Assembly: GCA_000004695.1 (NCBI GenBank)
Contig: CM000151.3
Span: forward strand, 7,872,001-7,936,000
Origin: Dictyostelium discoideum
Taxonomy: Eukaryota
Direction of reading: 5' to 3'
DNA length: 64,000 nucleotides
Position numbers and translations under genes: made by a program. This document shows positions 35,847-48,698 of this stretch, piece after piece. The notes under the pieces are model-generated. The model was not told the origin of the DNA, ran no database searches, and was given only the letters and a program-made list of their open reading frames with translations. Positions within the stretch are counted from its first letter, which is position 1, and each line of letters starts with the position of its first letter.

Positions 35847-37062
35847 CACTAACTTCTTCACCTGTTGCTGAAGTTGTTGTTATAGTTGTAGTATTATTTG
35901 TATTATTGGTTGTGGTTGATGTATTATTTATATTGTTACTATTATCCTCATTATTTATATGAGGATGATGATGATGATGCATATCTAAACCATCTAAATC
36001 TAATTTATCACCTTCTTTAATATTATCCTTTGACTCTAATGAAAATTTATGATTTTCTAGAAAAAAAAAAATAAAAAAAAGATAATGTTAGCAACTTATA
36101 ATTTTAAATGAAAAAAAAAAAAAAAGAAAGAAAACATACCATCATTTAAATTTAAAGCAAAAGTTTGAATAAATGATTTTGATTTTTCAACTTTTTCTTT
36201 TCTTTTCTTTGCTAAAAAGAAAGGATCATATTTTTCTTTAAACCATTCTTCTTGTTGATGCTCCTTAAAGAATACTCTAGATTGTCTCTTTGAGTATTCA
36301 ATTTTATATTCTTCATATTTTTTATCTGCTTCAATTGGTGTGATTGAATCATCTTGATAATCTAAAAACTGTTTATAAGATCTAAAATAACCACCTTCAA
36401 AAATATCTCCTCTCTTTTGTGCCCTCTTTGGTCCACCTATTAATCCTTTTGCTGATCCACTTGGAATTGTTGATGGACTTGATATTGATGTTGATGTTGA
36501 TGTTGTCATTCCATTAGTATTATTATTATTATTTTCATTATTATTATTATTATTATTATTAATATTGTTATTATTAATATTATTATTACTATTATTATCT
36601 ACAACCATTGACGAAGGGAACCCATTTCTATTACCTCTATACCCGTTACTATTATTACTACTACTAATATTATTATTGTTATTATTATTGTTATTATTAT
36701 TGTTGTTGTTATTATTATTATTATTGTTATTATTATTATTACCACCATCCCTATAAATATATCACATGTTAATAAAATTAATTACTATAATATAAATAAT
36801 ATGAAAAAAATACATACCAATCATCTCTACCTCTACCTCTACCTCTATATGGTGAAGGTGATCTTCTTCTTCTTTCAGGTGAATGATCACCTCTTCTTGA
36901 ATATCTATCTGGTGAATATCTTTCATAGTCTCTCTCTCTACTATCATCTCTTCTCTTTCTATATCTATTATCATAATCCCTATCACTATCACTATCGGAC
37001 GAACTATCTCTATTTGGTCTTAATGGTCTACCAAATTCATCAACTGCTTCTTCTTGTTCCAT
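33630..37062 (-). CDS. SRRT/ARS2 (serrate RNA effector molecule) homologue, 4 exons (37062..36818, 36750..36140, 36056..35428, 35351..33630), ~1070 aa
   Basis: N-terminal R/D/E/S-rich region. KQFLDYQDDSITPIEADKKYEEYKIEYSKRQSRVFFKEHQQEEWFKEKYDP matches the ARS2 N-domain. RRM-like LFIKAVSPTCTKEELLEVL...FYRLGWVTF. LYLRYVHFYCYYCSEEFSDECETTRKCGTIHLRR and the C2H2-like KFKCSLCSKLFRGAEFVKKHINLKHPE are present. C-terminus DPRGIREYVDLDAPIDHV resembles the ARS2 C-terminus. Donors are all GTATGT. Long (GAT)n poly-Ser and poly-N tracts. Confidence 0.85.
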
Positions 37063-37553
37063 TTTATTTATTTGTGTGTATGTGTATTTGTGTATGTGTG
37101 TATTTATGTTTATATTTGCTTGGTTTTTAAAATATTAAATTATGGGGTGAATGTATTTAATTTTATTGATTGTTAATTATTTCGTACTATTACTATTTGA
37201 ACAACTTTTTTAATTTTTTTACTTTATTTTTTTATTTTTTTATTTTTTTATTTTTTTTATTTTATTTGAAAGTTATTGTAATTTTTAATAAATTAAAATT
37301 TTAATCTATATAATATTATTATTTTTTTTTTATTATTTTTTTTATTTTTTTTTATTTTTTTTAATATAATTTTTTATTTTATTTTGTACATATATTTTAA
37401 ATATACTAAATTTAATTCTCCTATTCCAAAAAACAACAATGAACAAATTAGGATATTTTAAAACTAATTATTATCTCTAATAATTTGTAGGTTGATTGTT
37501 TAATGTTATGAAAGTGAAATAAAAAAAAAAAAAAAAATTTTTTATAATTTTTG

Positions 37554-37588
<35 letters not shown>

Positions 37589-37708
37589 AAAATAAAAATA
37601 AAAAAATAAAAATAAAAAAATAAAATTAAAAATTTTTTTTTTTTTTTTTTTCACTCACTCCACAAATTTTTATTATTTATTTATTGTTTTTATTTGTTTT
37701 TATTATTT

Positions 37709-37755
<47 letters not shown>

Positions 37756-37799
37756 ATAAAATAATAAAATAATAAAATAATAACAATAATAAAATAATA

Positions 37800-38348
37800 A
37801 TGATAACCAATTTTAACGGAAATGAAAATAAAAAAAAAGTTTTAATATCATTCGATTCATTCAAAGATTGTTTAAGTTCATTCGAAATTGGAAAGTGTGC
37901 TGATAAATCATTAAAAGAAAAATATAGTGGTGGTAGTGGTAGTGATGAAAAACAGATTGAAACAGAAATTTTAAAAATTAGTGATGGTGGTGAAGCATTA
38001 CTCGAATGTTTAGAATCAAGTTTAGGTTTAAAGTTGGTTGAAATTGATACTAAGGAATATTCAATAATTGGACCATTAGGAACTCAAATTGAAAAACCAT
38101 TTGTTCATTATGCAGTAAATGAACAAGAGAAATATGCAGTCATTGAAATGGCAGAAGTTAGTGGTATTCAATTGGTTCCAACCTCAAAACGTAATCCATT
38201 CAATACTACTACCTATGGTACAGGTCAATTAATCAAACATGCCATCGAAATTGGTGGTTATAAAACAATTTATATTGGTGCAGGTGGTTCTGCAACAAAT
38301 GATGCTGGTTTAGGTGCATTACAATCTTTAGATGTGATCGATATTATT

Positions 38349-38413
<65 letters not shown>

Positions 38414-39113
38414 AAATAATAATATATTATTTGGTAAAGATTTAAATAAAATTAAAGAAATTAAAATAAAGAATAAATTTAAATTTAAAGATGTTTTATT
38501 TTATTTTTTAACAGATGTTAGAAATGTAATGATTGGAGAGAAGGGTGCAGTTTATAGTTTCTCTGAACAAAAAGGAGCGAAAACAAAAGAGGATAAAGAA
38601 ATATTAGAGAAAGGAATGATCAATGTTTTAAATCATTTACCAGTGGATATATCAATGATTGAAGGCTCTGGTGCTGCTGGTGGTTTACCAAGTAGTTTTC
38701 TTTCAATTTTCAATGAATCAACTCAAATCATTAATGGCATGGATTTCGTTTGTAAATCCTATGGTTTAGATGAGAAGTTTCAATCAAATCAAATTAAACT
38801 TATAATCACAGGTGAAGGTTGTTTTGATGAAACTACTTTAGATGGTAAAGTTGTTTCAAAAATGTATTATTACTCAAAAACATTCAATTGCAAGTTATTA
38901 ATTATATGTGGTAAAAATAATTTATTAAAATCATCATCATCATCATCATCAGCATCCAATTCATTCCCAAATGATTCAAATATTCAAATCTATGATTTAG
39001 TTTCACTATTTGGTATTGAAAACTCATTAAATAATACCAAACATTGTATTGAAACACTATTTAAACAAAATGAAAATTTAACAATGTTTTTAAATAAAAT
39101 TATATTATCATAA
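37800..39113 (+). CDS. Glycerate kinase (GlxK/GarK family, PF02595-type), single exon, 437 aa
   Basis: VLISFDSFKDCLSS...ISDGGEALLECL...YIGAGGSATNDAGLGALQSL...EGSGAAGGL...ITGEGCFDETTLDGKV matches the bacterial-type glycerate kinase fold. A poly-N insertion interrupts the domain. Confidence 0.8.
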
Positions 39114-39122
39114 ATGTACTAT

Positions 39123-39847
39123 TTATTTTTTAAATTTCTTTTTTAAATTTTCACCATTATCTTCATTCTTTCTTTTATTTTTCTTTATACCTTTTTCTTT
39201 TAAAACTTGATTTAAAAATCTAAAAATAATAAAAAATTAATACACAATATCTATATTTATTATATATATAAATATAACACATACTTTTCAGCATCTTCAA
39301 TTGTATTTTTAAATTTTTTATCTTGACTATTATTTACATTTGGTTCATTTATCTTTTTATCTGTATTATTATTATTATTATTATTACTACTATTATTTTT
39401 TTTATTATTTTTATTATTTTTATTATTATTACTTAGTATTTTATCTTTAATTTGTTGATCATTATCATCATCTTTAAAAGTTATAATATTATTTTTCTCA
39501 TCAATTTGAATGTGTTTTGATCTTTGTGCTTCAATTTGTTTATTTTGAACTGATTTCTCTTTATTTAATTTATCGAGATTAGAGTTAAAGCTACCAAATG
39601 ACATTCTACCAACACTTTTAAATCCTAAAACTTCACTTGTACTACTTGTATTTAATGTTTCACCATCGAATGATCCTTTGGCGACCCAATGTGAATCTTT
39701 TATTGATTTCTCTAATTTCGCTTGTAACTCTTCCCTATATGCTGCTTCTTTTTTATTTTGCATAAATTTCATTTTTGACAATGTCTCTGATATACCTGAT
39801 CCTGTTCTGGATGGTGATTCTGTTGCTTTATCTAATCCATTCATCAT
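39123..39847 (-). CDS. M-phase phosphoprotein 6 (MPP6, nuclear exosome cofactor) homologue, two exons (39847..~39285 and ~39219..39123). The exact 3-prime splice junction is ambiguous.
   Basis: LSKMKFMQNKKEAAYREEL and GRMSFGSFN match the MPP6 N-region. The terminal exon in frame SSFKRKRYKENKRKNEDNGENLKKKFKK matches the MPP6 C-terminus (KKFARKRDHANYEEDENGD). The GTATGT donor gives phase 2, but the matching frame needs phase 0, which would require a weak GTGTTA donor 3 nt downstream. Confidence 0.6.
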
Positions 39848-40602
39848 ATCTTTCTTTCTTTTTTTTTTTTTAATTAATTAAAAAAAGTATATGTTGTTTG
39901 TTGGGGGGTGTATGGAAAATTAAATTAAATGATTCAATTTTTTCGTTTTTTTTTTTTATTTTTTTTTATTTTTTTTTTCCATTTTTTTTTTTTTTTTTTT
40001 TTTTCAATTTTAATTTTGTGGTTTTTATTTTCTAAAAATGTCATATATATTCATAGACAAATTTATACATATATATATGATAAAAAAAATGAAATAAAAT
40101 AAAAAAAATTCTATTTTTGTGTAATAACTATTTATTTAATTATTTTTTTTTTTCAAAAAAAATAAATAAATAAATAAATAAAAAGAATAAAAAAATAACC
40201 AGTTATAGTGATGTTCTGAATTTAAATAGAAAAATTTTTTTATTTTATTTTTTTTTAAAAATTTTTTTTTTTATTTTTTTTTTAAAATTTTTTTTTTTTA
40301 ATTAAATTTTTTTTTTTTTTATTTTTTATTTTTTTTTTTAAAATTAAATTTTTTTTTTTAAAAATTTGATATTACCTATAATATACACAAAAAAAAAAAT
40401 AAAAAAAAAATAAAAAAAAAGATAAAAACTAAATTAAAAAAGAAAAAAAAAAAAAAATAATAAAAAAAAAAAAGAGAGAATAGAAAATAAAAAAGAAATA
40501 CAAAAAAAAAAAAAAAAAAAAAAAGAAATCCAAAAAAAAAAAAAAGGAATCCAAAAAAATAAAAAAAAAAAATAAAAAAAAAAAAAATATATATAAACAT
40601 AT

Positions 40603-41487
40603 ATGATGAACAATATTGATAAAATTGAAAAAGATATTATGTATATGAACCCCATTGATTCTAAATTTTTTTTCAAACCTACTGTTATTAATGATAATAA
40701 TAATAATAATAATATAAATAATATAAATAATATAAATAATAATTATACAAAAATAAATAATTATAATAATCTTATAAATACCAATATTAACAATAAAAAT
40801 AATAGTAATAGTAATAGTGTATTTTCACAACCAGATCAAGCAGCTACTATTACCAATATATCAAACCCTTGTACATTAGCATCGCCAACACCATCATCAC
40901 CATCGAATAATAAACTTTTAATGATACAAAGAGATGATATGGAAAAAGATATAAATGATTATTCAAATTTAAATTTTGACCCTCATCAAATGTCAAAACC
41001 ATCATATCATCATCATTCTCATTCTCATTCTCATCATTCTCATTCTCATTCTCATTCTCAAAATAGTCATTACCTTAACAATTTACAACTTCAAAATTTA
41101 CAAAACTTTCAACAACAACATCAACAAAAGCCAATTTCACCACCACCATCATCTTTAAATATAGTTGTAAATAGAAATAGGTTTTTTGAAAATTCTGATC
41201 CAAACTTTTCTTACTTTTCTCATAATGAATCAAATATATCTGACTTTTTCTACAACTATGTACATTATGATCATAATTTCAACTTTAATGAAAATTCTTT
41301 TATTTTTAATACCAACAACAACAATAATAATAATAATGAAATAAATAATAGTGTTATTGGTAATGATATTTTACAGACAGTACCTCCTTCACCAACTCCA
41401 ACACCACCTCCACCACCACAACAACAACAATTTACACAAATTAAAAATACAAATTATATTTTCGTACCCCAACAATTAAAACAATAG
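40603..41487 (+). CDS. Hypothetical low-complexity protein (poly-N, HSHSHS, poly-P/Q), 294 aa
   Basis: ATG in an AT-rich context. Long ORF in an otherwise stop-dense region. No domain recognised. Confidence 0.35.
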   Translation: MMNNIDKIEKDIMYMNPIDSKFFFKPTVINDNNNNNNINNINNINNNYTKINNYNNLINTNINNKNNSNSNSVFSQPDQAATITNISNPCTLASPTPSSPSNNKLLMIQRDDMEKDINDYSNLNFDPHQMSKPSYHHHSHSHSHHSHSHSHSQNSHYLNNLQLQNLQNFQQQHQQKPISPPPSSLNIVVNRNRFFENSDPNFSYFSHNESNISDFFYNYVHYDHNFNFNENSFIFNTNNNNNNNNEINNSVIGNDILQTVPPSPTPTPPPPPQQQQFTQIKNTNYIFVPQQLKQ

Positions 41488-41688
41488 GATAGTATTAAGA
41501 AAAAAAAAAAAAAAGAAATGAAAGAAAAAAAAAAAAAAAAAAAAAAAAAAAGAAAGAAATAATTTTTTTTATTTGAATAAAATATTAGTTTATTATTATT
41601 ACTATTTTTAAAGTGTTTTGACTATTTCTTTTTTTTTTTTTCTTTTTCTTTTTCTTTTTTTTTTTTTTTTCGTTTGATTTTATTAATT

Positions 41689-42705
41689 TTATCTACGTAG
41701 TGAAGAAGTTTGATAATTTTGATTAAAACTATTTATTGAAGTTGAATTCCAATGTTGTTGAATAGTTTTTAATTCATTTTCTAATCTATGTAACCTATTT
41801 AAAACGAAACCTGTAACACCTACAACAGGGTCATCAGCAGATAAAATCGAATGGTCCATTGAAAAGAAATCTTTATCATATTGTTGCATTTTATTTAAAT
41901 GATTGGTATCTTTTAATAACTCTATAAGTGGTGAAAAATTAATTTCTTTCACTTTATTTTGTTGTTGTTTTCTTTGAATTCTCTCAATAATTTGTTTACA
42001 ATTATTTTGAAATTTATTAAAATCAAATTCATTATTTAATTTCATTGTATTATATATTTTAATTTGTTCATTTGATTGATGTGATTCCTGTTGCTGTTGC
42101 TGTTGTTGTTCAATATGATTTAATGGTACAAGCGGGTTATTTAAAAAAATATCGATTGAATATTGATCTGATAAATCAGATAATTCGTTATATAATATAC
42201 ATAAACTTTCTTTAATGAAAATATCAATTAATCTATGTACTTGAATAATTAATTGTGAAACTAATTTATTATAAATTAATGTATTATGTTGTTTTGGTTG
42301 TTGAGGTTGTTGTTGTTGTAATGATTGGGGTTGAGGTTGTTGATTATTATTTTCTTTTTTAGTAAATGATAGATTGTCCATATGTTTTCTAACTATAATT
42401 AAATCTCTATCAATTTCAGACATTGAAGAAGGTGGTGTATCTAAATACATTACTGGTATAACAGAGAAATTGAATGAATCTTCTTCAATTAAGAATTTAT
42501 CTGTTTGATTTTCAATTAATTCTAAATACCATTCTGCTAATTCTTTTTTCTTATTACCTGAAATATAAAATTCTTTTTTAATCTTTAATATCTTTTGTTC
42601 ATATTCACTCTTTATTTGTTCTTTAATTGGAATAGTTGAAAATTTTAAAAAATTTGGTAATACATCTTCTTCATATAAATAAATTTCTTTTTCATTATTT
42701 TCCAT
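41689..42705 (-). CDS. Hypothetical protein, 338 aa, single exon
   Basis: Long ORF of non-repetitive composition with Q-rich stretches. No family recognised. Confidence 0.4.
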   Translation of the reverse strand: MENNEKEIYLYEEDVLPNFLKFSTIPIKEQIKSEYEQKILKIKKEFYISGNKKKELAEWYLELIENQTDKFLIEEDSFNFSVIPVMYLDTPPSSMSEIDRDLIIVRKHMDNLSFTKKENNNQQPQPQSLQQQQPQQPKQHNTLIYNKLVSQLIIQVHRLIDIFIKESLCILYNELSDLSDQYSIDIFLNNPLVPLNHIEQQQQQQQESHQSNEQIKIYNTMKLNNEFDFNKFQNNCKQIIERIQRKQQQNKVKEINFSPLIELLKDTNHLNKMQQYDKDFFSMDHSILSADDPVVGVTGFVLNRLHRLENELKTIQQHWNSTSINSFNQNYQTSSLRR

Positions 42706-43395
42706 TATTTATAATAATAATAATAATAAAAAAAATAATAATAATAACTATAATATTTTAAATGTTTTTTTTTTTTTTTTAGTTTTTTAATTAATCAAAA
42801 ATTAAATTATAAAAAAAAAAAAAAAAAAAAATTAAATTATGAAAAAAAAAAAAAAAATAAAATAAAATAAAATAAAAAAAAATAAAAAAAAAAAAAAAAA
42901 AATTAAAAGTGGAATGATCATGCATACCCACAAAAAGCACTATTTATTTTTTCATTTTATTTTTTGTTTCATTTTCTTTTTTTTTTTTTTCTTTTTTAAC
43001 AAAAATACAAAAAACGAATGTATCCATTCCGTTTTTGATTTAATTTTTTATTTAAATGTGTTGGTTCATTAATGTGAAAAGAGAGGATGCAGATAAAAAA
43101 AAAAAATAAAAATAAAAAATAAAAAAATAACAGCAACAACAAATGTAACAAAACCAGTTGTTATTCGTTACTATAATTATTTTTTAGTATTATTCATTTT
43201 ATTATTAAACAATAGTAGTGATGATAGGTTGTTTATCATTATTGCCCCCCCCCCCACACGCTAATTATCTTATTTTATAGCTAAAAGCAATTTGTTTATC
43301 ATCACAACTATTGTTGTTATTGCTGATTTTTTTTTTTTTCCTGCGACCACTATATCACATTAATAGGTGCCGGTGCCCAACACACATATTTAAAT

Positions 43396-43437
<42 letters not shown>

Positions 43438-43484
43438 ATCAATCTTGTCACACCCACTTCTTTTTATATTTTTTATTTATTTAT

Positions 43485-44629
43485 TTAATATAGTATTATT
43501 ATTTCTACCAATGATAGTAATAATAATAAAGTTAATGAAATTATTGATAATTTTAAAGAATTACTACTTTGATATTGTTGTTCATCAATATCTCTATAGG
43601 TTACAGTAAAGATTGTATTTTTACATGGATTTTTTTTTTGAATTTCAATATCAATATATTTACAATGTTTAGTGAAACATGATGATCTTGAATAAAAATT
43701 TTCAACCATTCTACATCTATTTCTAATGATACATTCAGTTTTTCTTGTAAGATGTTCAAAATGATCGTATGTATCATTTAAACAGTTTCCACTATTACAA
43801 TCACAATATTTACCAATACCACATGAATTTATTGAACATTGTTTTTCACTATTATTCTCATTAATTGAATTAGAATCATTTAATGATTCTATACAAGTTC
43901 CTTTTTTTGAACACTAAATATCATTATTATTATTATTATTAAAAGATAATTAATATTATTATTATTTTAATTATTTTTAATTATTTAAAAATAAATAAAT
44001 ATTACAGTTAAATTTGGTTTACATTGATAATCAAAATCATCATTAAAAGTACAAGTTTCATTTAAATCTAAACTATATGGTAATGAACATAATTGAGTTG
44101 ATTCTGAACAAAATGCAAGTGTATCACAAGCAACATCTGAACCTGAACATGATTGATTTAGTTGAATTGAGTAAACACATTGTGAATCAACACATGCGAA
44201 TCCACCTTGACATTCGTTATCGGATGTACATGTATTTGATTTTAGTTTACAAAAACCATCAATACATGAAACTTTATCAACACCAAGTGAACAATCTTGA
44301 TCCCTTGAACACTGTTCACCGACACTTGAAAACCTAATATTATCACATTGATTGGCTTCTGAACATAATAAACCAATATCACAAACTGAGCTATCTACAC
44401 AAGATTCTCCATATCTTTTAGGTTGAATACAAACATACTTTTCAAATTCATTATTCGGATCTGATCCACATATTAATCCATCTGAACATGATCCAATTTT
44501 AAAACCATCTGTAACACATTCTTCACCTTCTTTTAAACATTTAAAACATTTTGGTTCAATTTGTTGACAATTTATTAAAAAATTATTTAATTTTAAAATT
44601 ATTATTAAAAATATTATTATTATTCTCAT
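43485..44629 (-). CDS. Secreted cysteine-rich protein with a C-terminal hydrophobic (GPI-signal-like) tail, two exons 44629..44006 and 43913..43485, ~350 aa
   Basis: N-terminal hydrophobic signal MRIIIIFLIIILKLNNFLINC. ~36 Cys in C-x(n)-C-x-D/G patterns. Ends SLKLSIISLTLLLLLSLVEIIILY. Donor GTAATA, acceptor TATTTAG, phase 0. Confidence 0.55.
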
Positions 44630-45202
44630 AATTATTTGTTGGATTTTTGGATATTTTTTTATTTTAGTATAAATAATTTTAAAAATAAATAAATAAATAA
44701 ATAAAAAAAACTTTTTTAAAAAAATATATATATCAATATATAAATAAAATTAAAATGAATTATTTTTTTTTTAAACATATTTTTTTCAAATTCCAACAAC
44801 ATTTAATATTATTTAATATTTTTATTATAAAAAAAAAAAAAAAAAAAATTAAATATTTTAGATAAATTTAACACACTAACTATTTATTATTTATTTGTAA
44901 TAAAGGTGTGTTGGGGAAATTTGGTGTTTGTGTGTGTATGTTTTTAAGGTGTGGGTTTGATAAAATCATATCATGTAAAATTCGATATTATTAATATTAT
45001 TATTTTTTTTTATTTCATTTTCTACATATTTTTTTTATTCAAATTTATAAAAATTGTAATTTCAACATTTTTCAATACTATCTAAACTATTATAAAAGAT
45101 TCTAAAAGAATCTTTTCAGAATTCTTTTTTATTTTTTTTTTTTTAATTTTCACATTTTGACAACAAATAATTTTTCATTTTATATTTTTTTTTTTTTTTT
45201 TT

Positions 45203-45238
<36 letters not shown>

Positions 45239-45418
45239 CTAACTTCCATCTTAACCAAACGAATTCTTATTTTATTTTATTCCGAGCCATCTTATTTTTT
45301 CAGATTACATTTTCAAAAAAAAAAAATAAAAAAATAAAAAAAACAAAATAAAAAAAAAAATATATAAAAAAAAAAATAAATAATAATAATAATAATAAAA
45401 AATAATAATAATAATACA

Positions 45419-46406
45419 ATGGATAAAATTAAACATAAAATATTAGTATTATCAGGTAAAGGTGGTGTTGGTAAATCTACGGTATCATCACAATTAGCAT
45501 TATATTTATCACATATTGGATATAAAGTTGGATTATTAGATGTAGATTTATGTGGACCATCAATACCAAAAATGATGGGATTAGAATCAAAAGATGTTCA
45601 TAAATCAACCAAAGGTTGGGTACCTGTTTACACTGATGAATCTCAAAAATTAGGTGTAATTTCAATTCAATTTTTATTAGGTGATAAAGATACTCCTGTA
45701 ATTTGGAGAGGTCCAAAGAAAAATTGTATATGTTTTTAAAAAAATACTATTCCATCCCCAACATATTTATATATTTATATTAATATTTATATATTTATTA
45801 TTTATTATATAATAGCAATGATTAAACAATTTATAGATGATGTTAATTGGGGTGAAATTGATTTCCTTATTATTGATACACCACCGGGTACATCAGATGA
45901 ACATATATCGGTTACAGAGGAATTATTAAAACATAACCCAGATGGTGCAATTTTAGTGACTACACCACAAGCAGTTTCAATCTCTGATGTTAAAAAAGAA
46001 ATTAGTTTTTGTAATGCTATGAAATTGCCAATCATTGGTATCATTGAAAATATGAGTGGCTATGTTTGTCCACATTGTTCTGTAAGTATAATTATAATTG
46101 ATTGATCAATTAATAAAAATAATAAAAATAAAATAAAATAAAATACTAATTTTAAAAATAAATAAATAAATAAATAAAAAGGAATGTACAAATATATTTT
46201 CATCAGAGGGTGGGAAATTATTAGCAGAACAATGTAATATTAAATTTTTAGGTAAATTACCAATCGATCCAAATTTATCAATTTGTTCAGAAAGAGGAAT
46301 CAATTATTTTACTGAATATCCAAATTCTTCCACTTTGGCCTCTTTAAAATCATTTGTTGATAATTTTAATTTTAAATCATCAACAACAACAACAGCAACA
46401 AATTAA
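45419..46406 (+). CDS. Cytosolic Fe-S cluster assembly factor NUBP2/Cfd1 homologue (Mrp/NBP35 ATPase lacking the N-terminal Cys cluster), 3 exons 45419..45725, 45816..46081, 46182..46406, ~266 aa
   Basis: Walker [24 protein letters not shown]|[30 protein letters not shown]...[15 protein letters not shown]|[11 protein letters not shown]... aligns with NUBP2, including the CPxC motif. Intron phases 1 and 0. Confidence 0.85.
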
Positions 46407-46766
46407 AAGTGTAAATAAAATTTAGATTTATTTATTTAGCAGTCTTTTTTTATTTTATTTTTATTTTTTTATTTTTATTTTTATTTTTTTTTTTTGAAGT
46501 TTAAAAAAAAGTTTTTGTTTTTTTTGACTGCCAAATTCCTTCGTCAAAGAAAAAAAATAAAAAATAAAAAAAATTGTTTTTAATTTTTAAAATTTTTTTC
46601 ATTTTTTTTTTTTTTTTTTTTTTTTTTTACGAATTCGCATTCATTTCATTTTTTTTTTTCAATATTTTATTTTTGATTATCTATTTAATTTGTTGGCTCA
46701 ATTAAATAGTGATTGGAATTTGTAAAAGAAACAAACTAAAAACAATACACCTTTATAAATAAAAAG

Positions 46767-46925
46767 ATGGAAGCAACAGCTGATAATAATAATAATATTG
46801 ACTCTCAAGAACAAGAAATCATTGGAGAGCCAAACTTTTTCCAATCTTTTCTTGTCAAAAATCTCCCATTCTATAAAAGTTTACCATATCCAGGTAAAGC
46901 AGAAGATATGATCAGTGAAGTTAAA

Positions 46926-46983
<58 letters not shown>

Positions 46984-47023
46984 CAACACCACACCCACCC
47001 CAAAAAAAAACCAAAATAATACC

Positions 47024-47054
<31 letters not shown>

Positions 47055-48405
47055 TCTCTAATATTTTAATTTTGTTTATTATATACATAAAATTAGGTTT
47101 AGTTAATGATGATATTTATGAAGGTGCTAAAGTTGATGTAACCTTCAAAATTTCACCATTCTTTGAGACATCACATCAACTCAATGTTTATACACCAAAT
47201 GAAAATAGTCGTACACCAAAATATTCCAATCAAAATGTTTACAGCAAAGATTCTACCCTTTTATATGGTAAAATCGATAGTGAAAGAAGATTATTTGGTA
47301 GATTCGATCAAGGATTTTTTAATAATTCTATTAGAGTTTCACTCACAAATATGGTAAGATTATTAATAAATATATATATATTTCATATTCACCTATCACC
47401 CTCCCTCTCCTACTTCAACCAAATCAAATTCTTTTCATTCCAATATTCAATTAAATATTAAATGTTCAACTCAATCCAATCCAATCCAATCCAATCCAAT
47501 CCAATCCAATCCAATCCAATCCAATCCAATCCAATTCAGTTCAATTCAATTCAATTCAATTCAATTCAATTCAATTCAATTCAATTCAATTCAATTCATT
47601 CAATTCAACCCAAAATATATATATATATATAATCAATACATAAGATAATTTTTAATTTAAAAAACCTATTATTAACATTATTAATAACAACACCAATTTT
47701 AGATGGATAAAAGTTTTAAAAATAATTTAGCAGGTGAATTGGAATTTAAACTTCCATTCATGAATTTTTGTGTAAGTATACTTATTTTTAGTTGTTATAG
47801 AATTTTTAGGAAATATAAAATAGTACATATATCTTTACTCACACTTCTTTATTTTATATTTACACTTTTTATATATAAACCAATACAATTTAATAATAAT
47901 AATAATAATAAATAATTATAATGAAATAAAATTTTAATTAAATTAGTTAAAAGCTGATACTGAAAATCAAAGAGGATTTTCATTCTTAACATCAATTTCA
48001 AAGAAACTTGCAATTGGTTATGAAAATAGTTATTTATTTAATCATTCACAATCAATTAAACAAATCCAATTTTTTGTAAATAATCCACTTTCAACTTGGT
48101 CATTAGTAGTAGGTAATACAGCTCAAATTGGATCATCATACGTTTATAGACAAAAAAATTTACATATTGGTACTGATTTAGTCATGGGTATTTCCCAAGA
48201 AGGCAAATTCATGTCTGAATATTCATTTGGTGTCAGATATGCCTTCCAACAAAGTCTTGTCAAATTCAGAGCAGACTCTCATGGTTCAATTTTTGGTTCT
48301 TATGATCAAATGATTAATAGTTTCACCAAACTTAATCTCTCTGGTTCCCTTAATTACTTTGCTCAAGATTACAAATTTGGTTTGGGTTTAACTTTCCAAA
48401 AGTAA
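46767..48405 (+). CDS. Mitochondrial outer-membrane translocase TOM40 homologue, 4 exons 46767..46926, 47097..47353, 47703..47771, 47947..48405, ~314 aa
   Basis: N-terminus NLPFYKSLPYPGKAEDMISEVKG resembles the TOM40 NPGT region. The beta-barrel body ends with the porin-family signature ...FAQDYKFGLGLTFQK. Donors GTAAAA/GTAAGA/GTAAGT. Intron 2 carries pentanucleotide satellites. Confidence 0.75.
47470..47608. repeat. (CCAAT)12 followed by (TTCAA)~14 pentanucleotide satellites, inside TOM40 intron 2
   Basis: tcaatccaatccaat...ccaattcagttcaattcaattcaa.... Confidence 0.9.
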
Positions 48406-48698
48406 ATTCAATCTATGGAAAAAAAAAAATAAAAAAAAACAAAATAAAAAAATAAAAATAAAAACAAAATTAAAAACATATAAAATACAAGAGAAGAGAA
48501 TAATAATAATAAAAAAAATAAAAAAAAAAATTATAATAAATACATATATATATAATTATGTGTAATTTTAAACCAATTTTAAAATTTCCAGAAAAAAAAA
48601 AAAAAAAAAATCCAAATAATTTTATTTTATTTTATTTTATATGTATTATTAATTTTGGTGATTTTGAATTATTTTTTTTATTTTTTTAAAATTATTTT

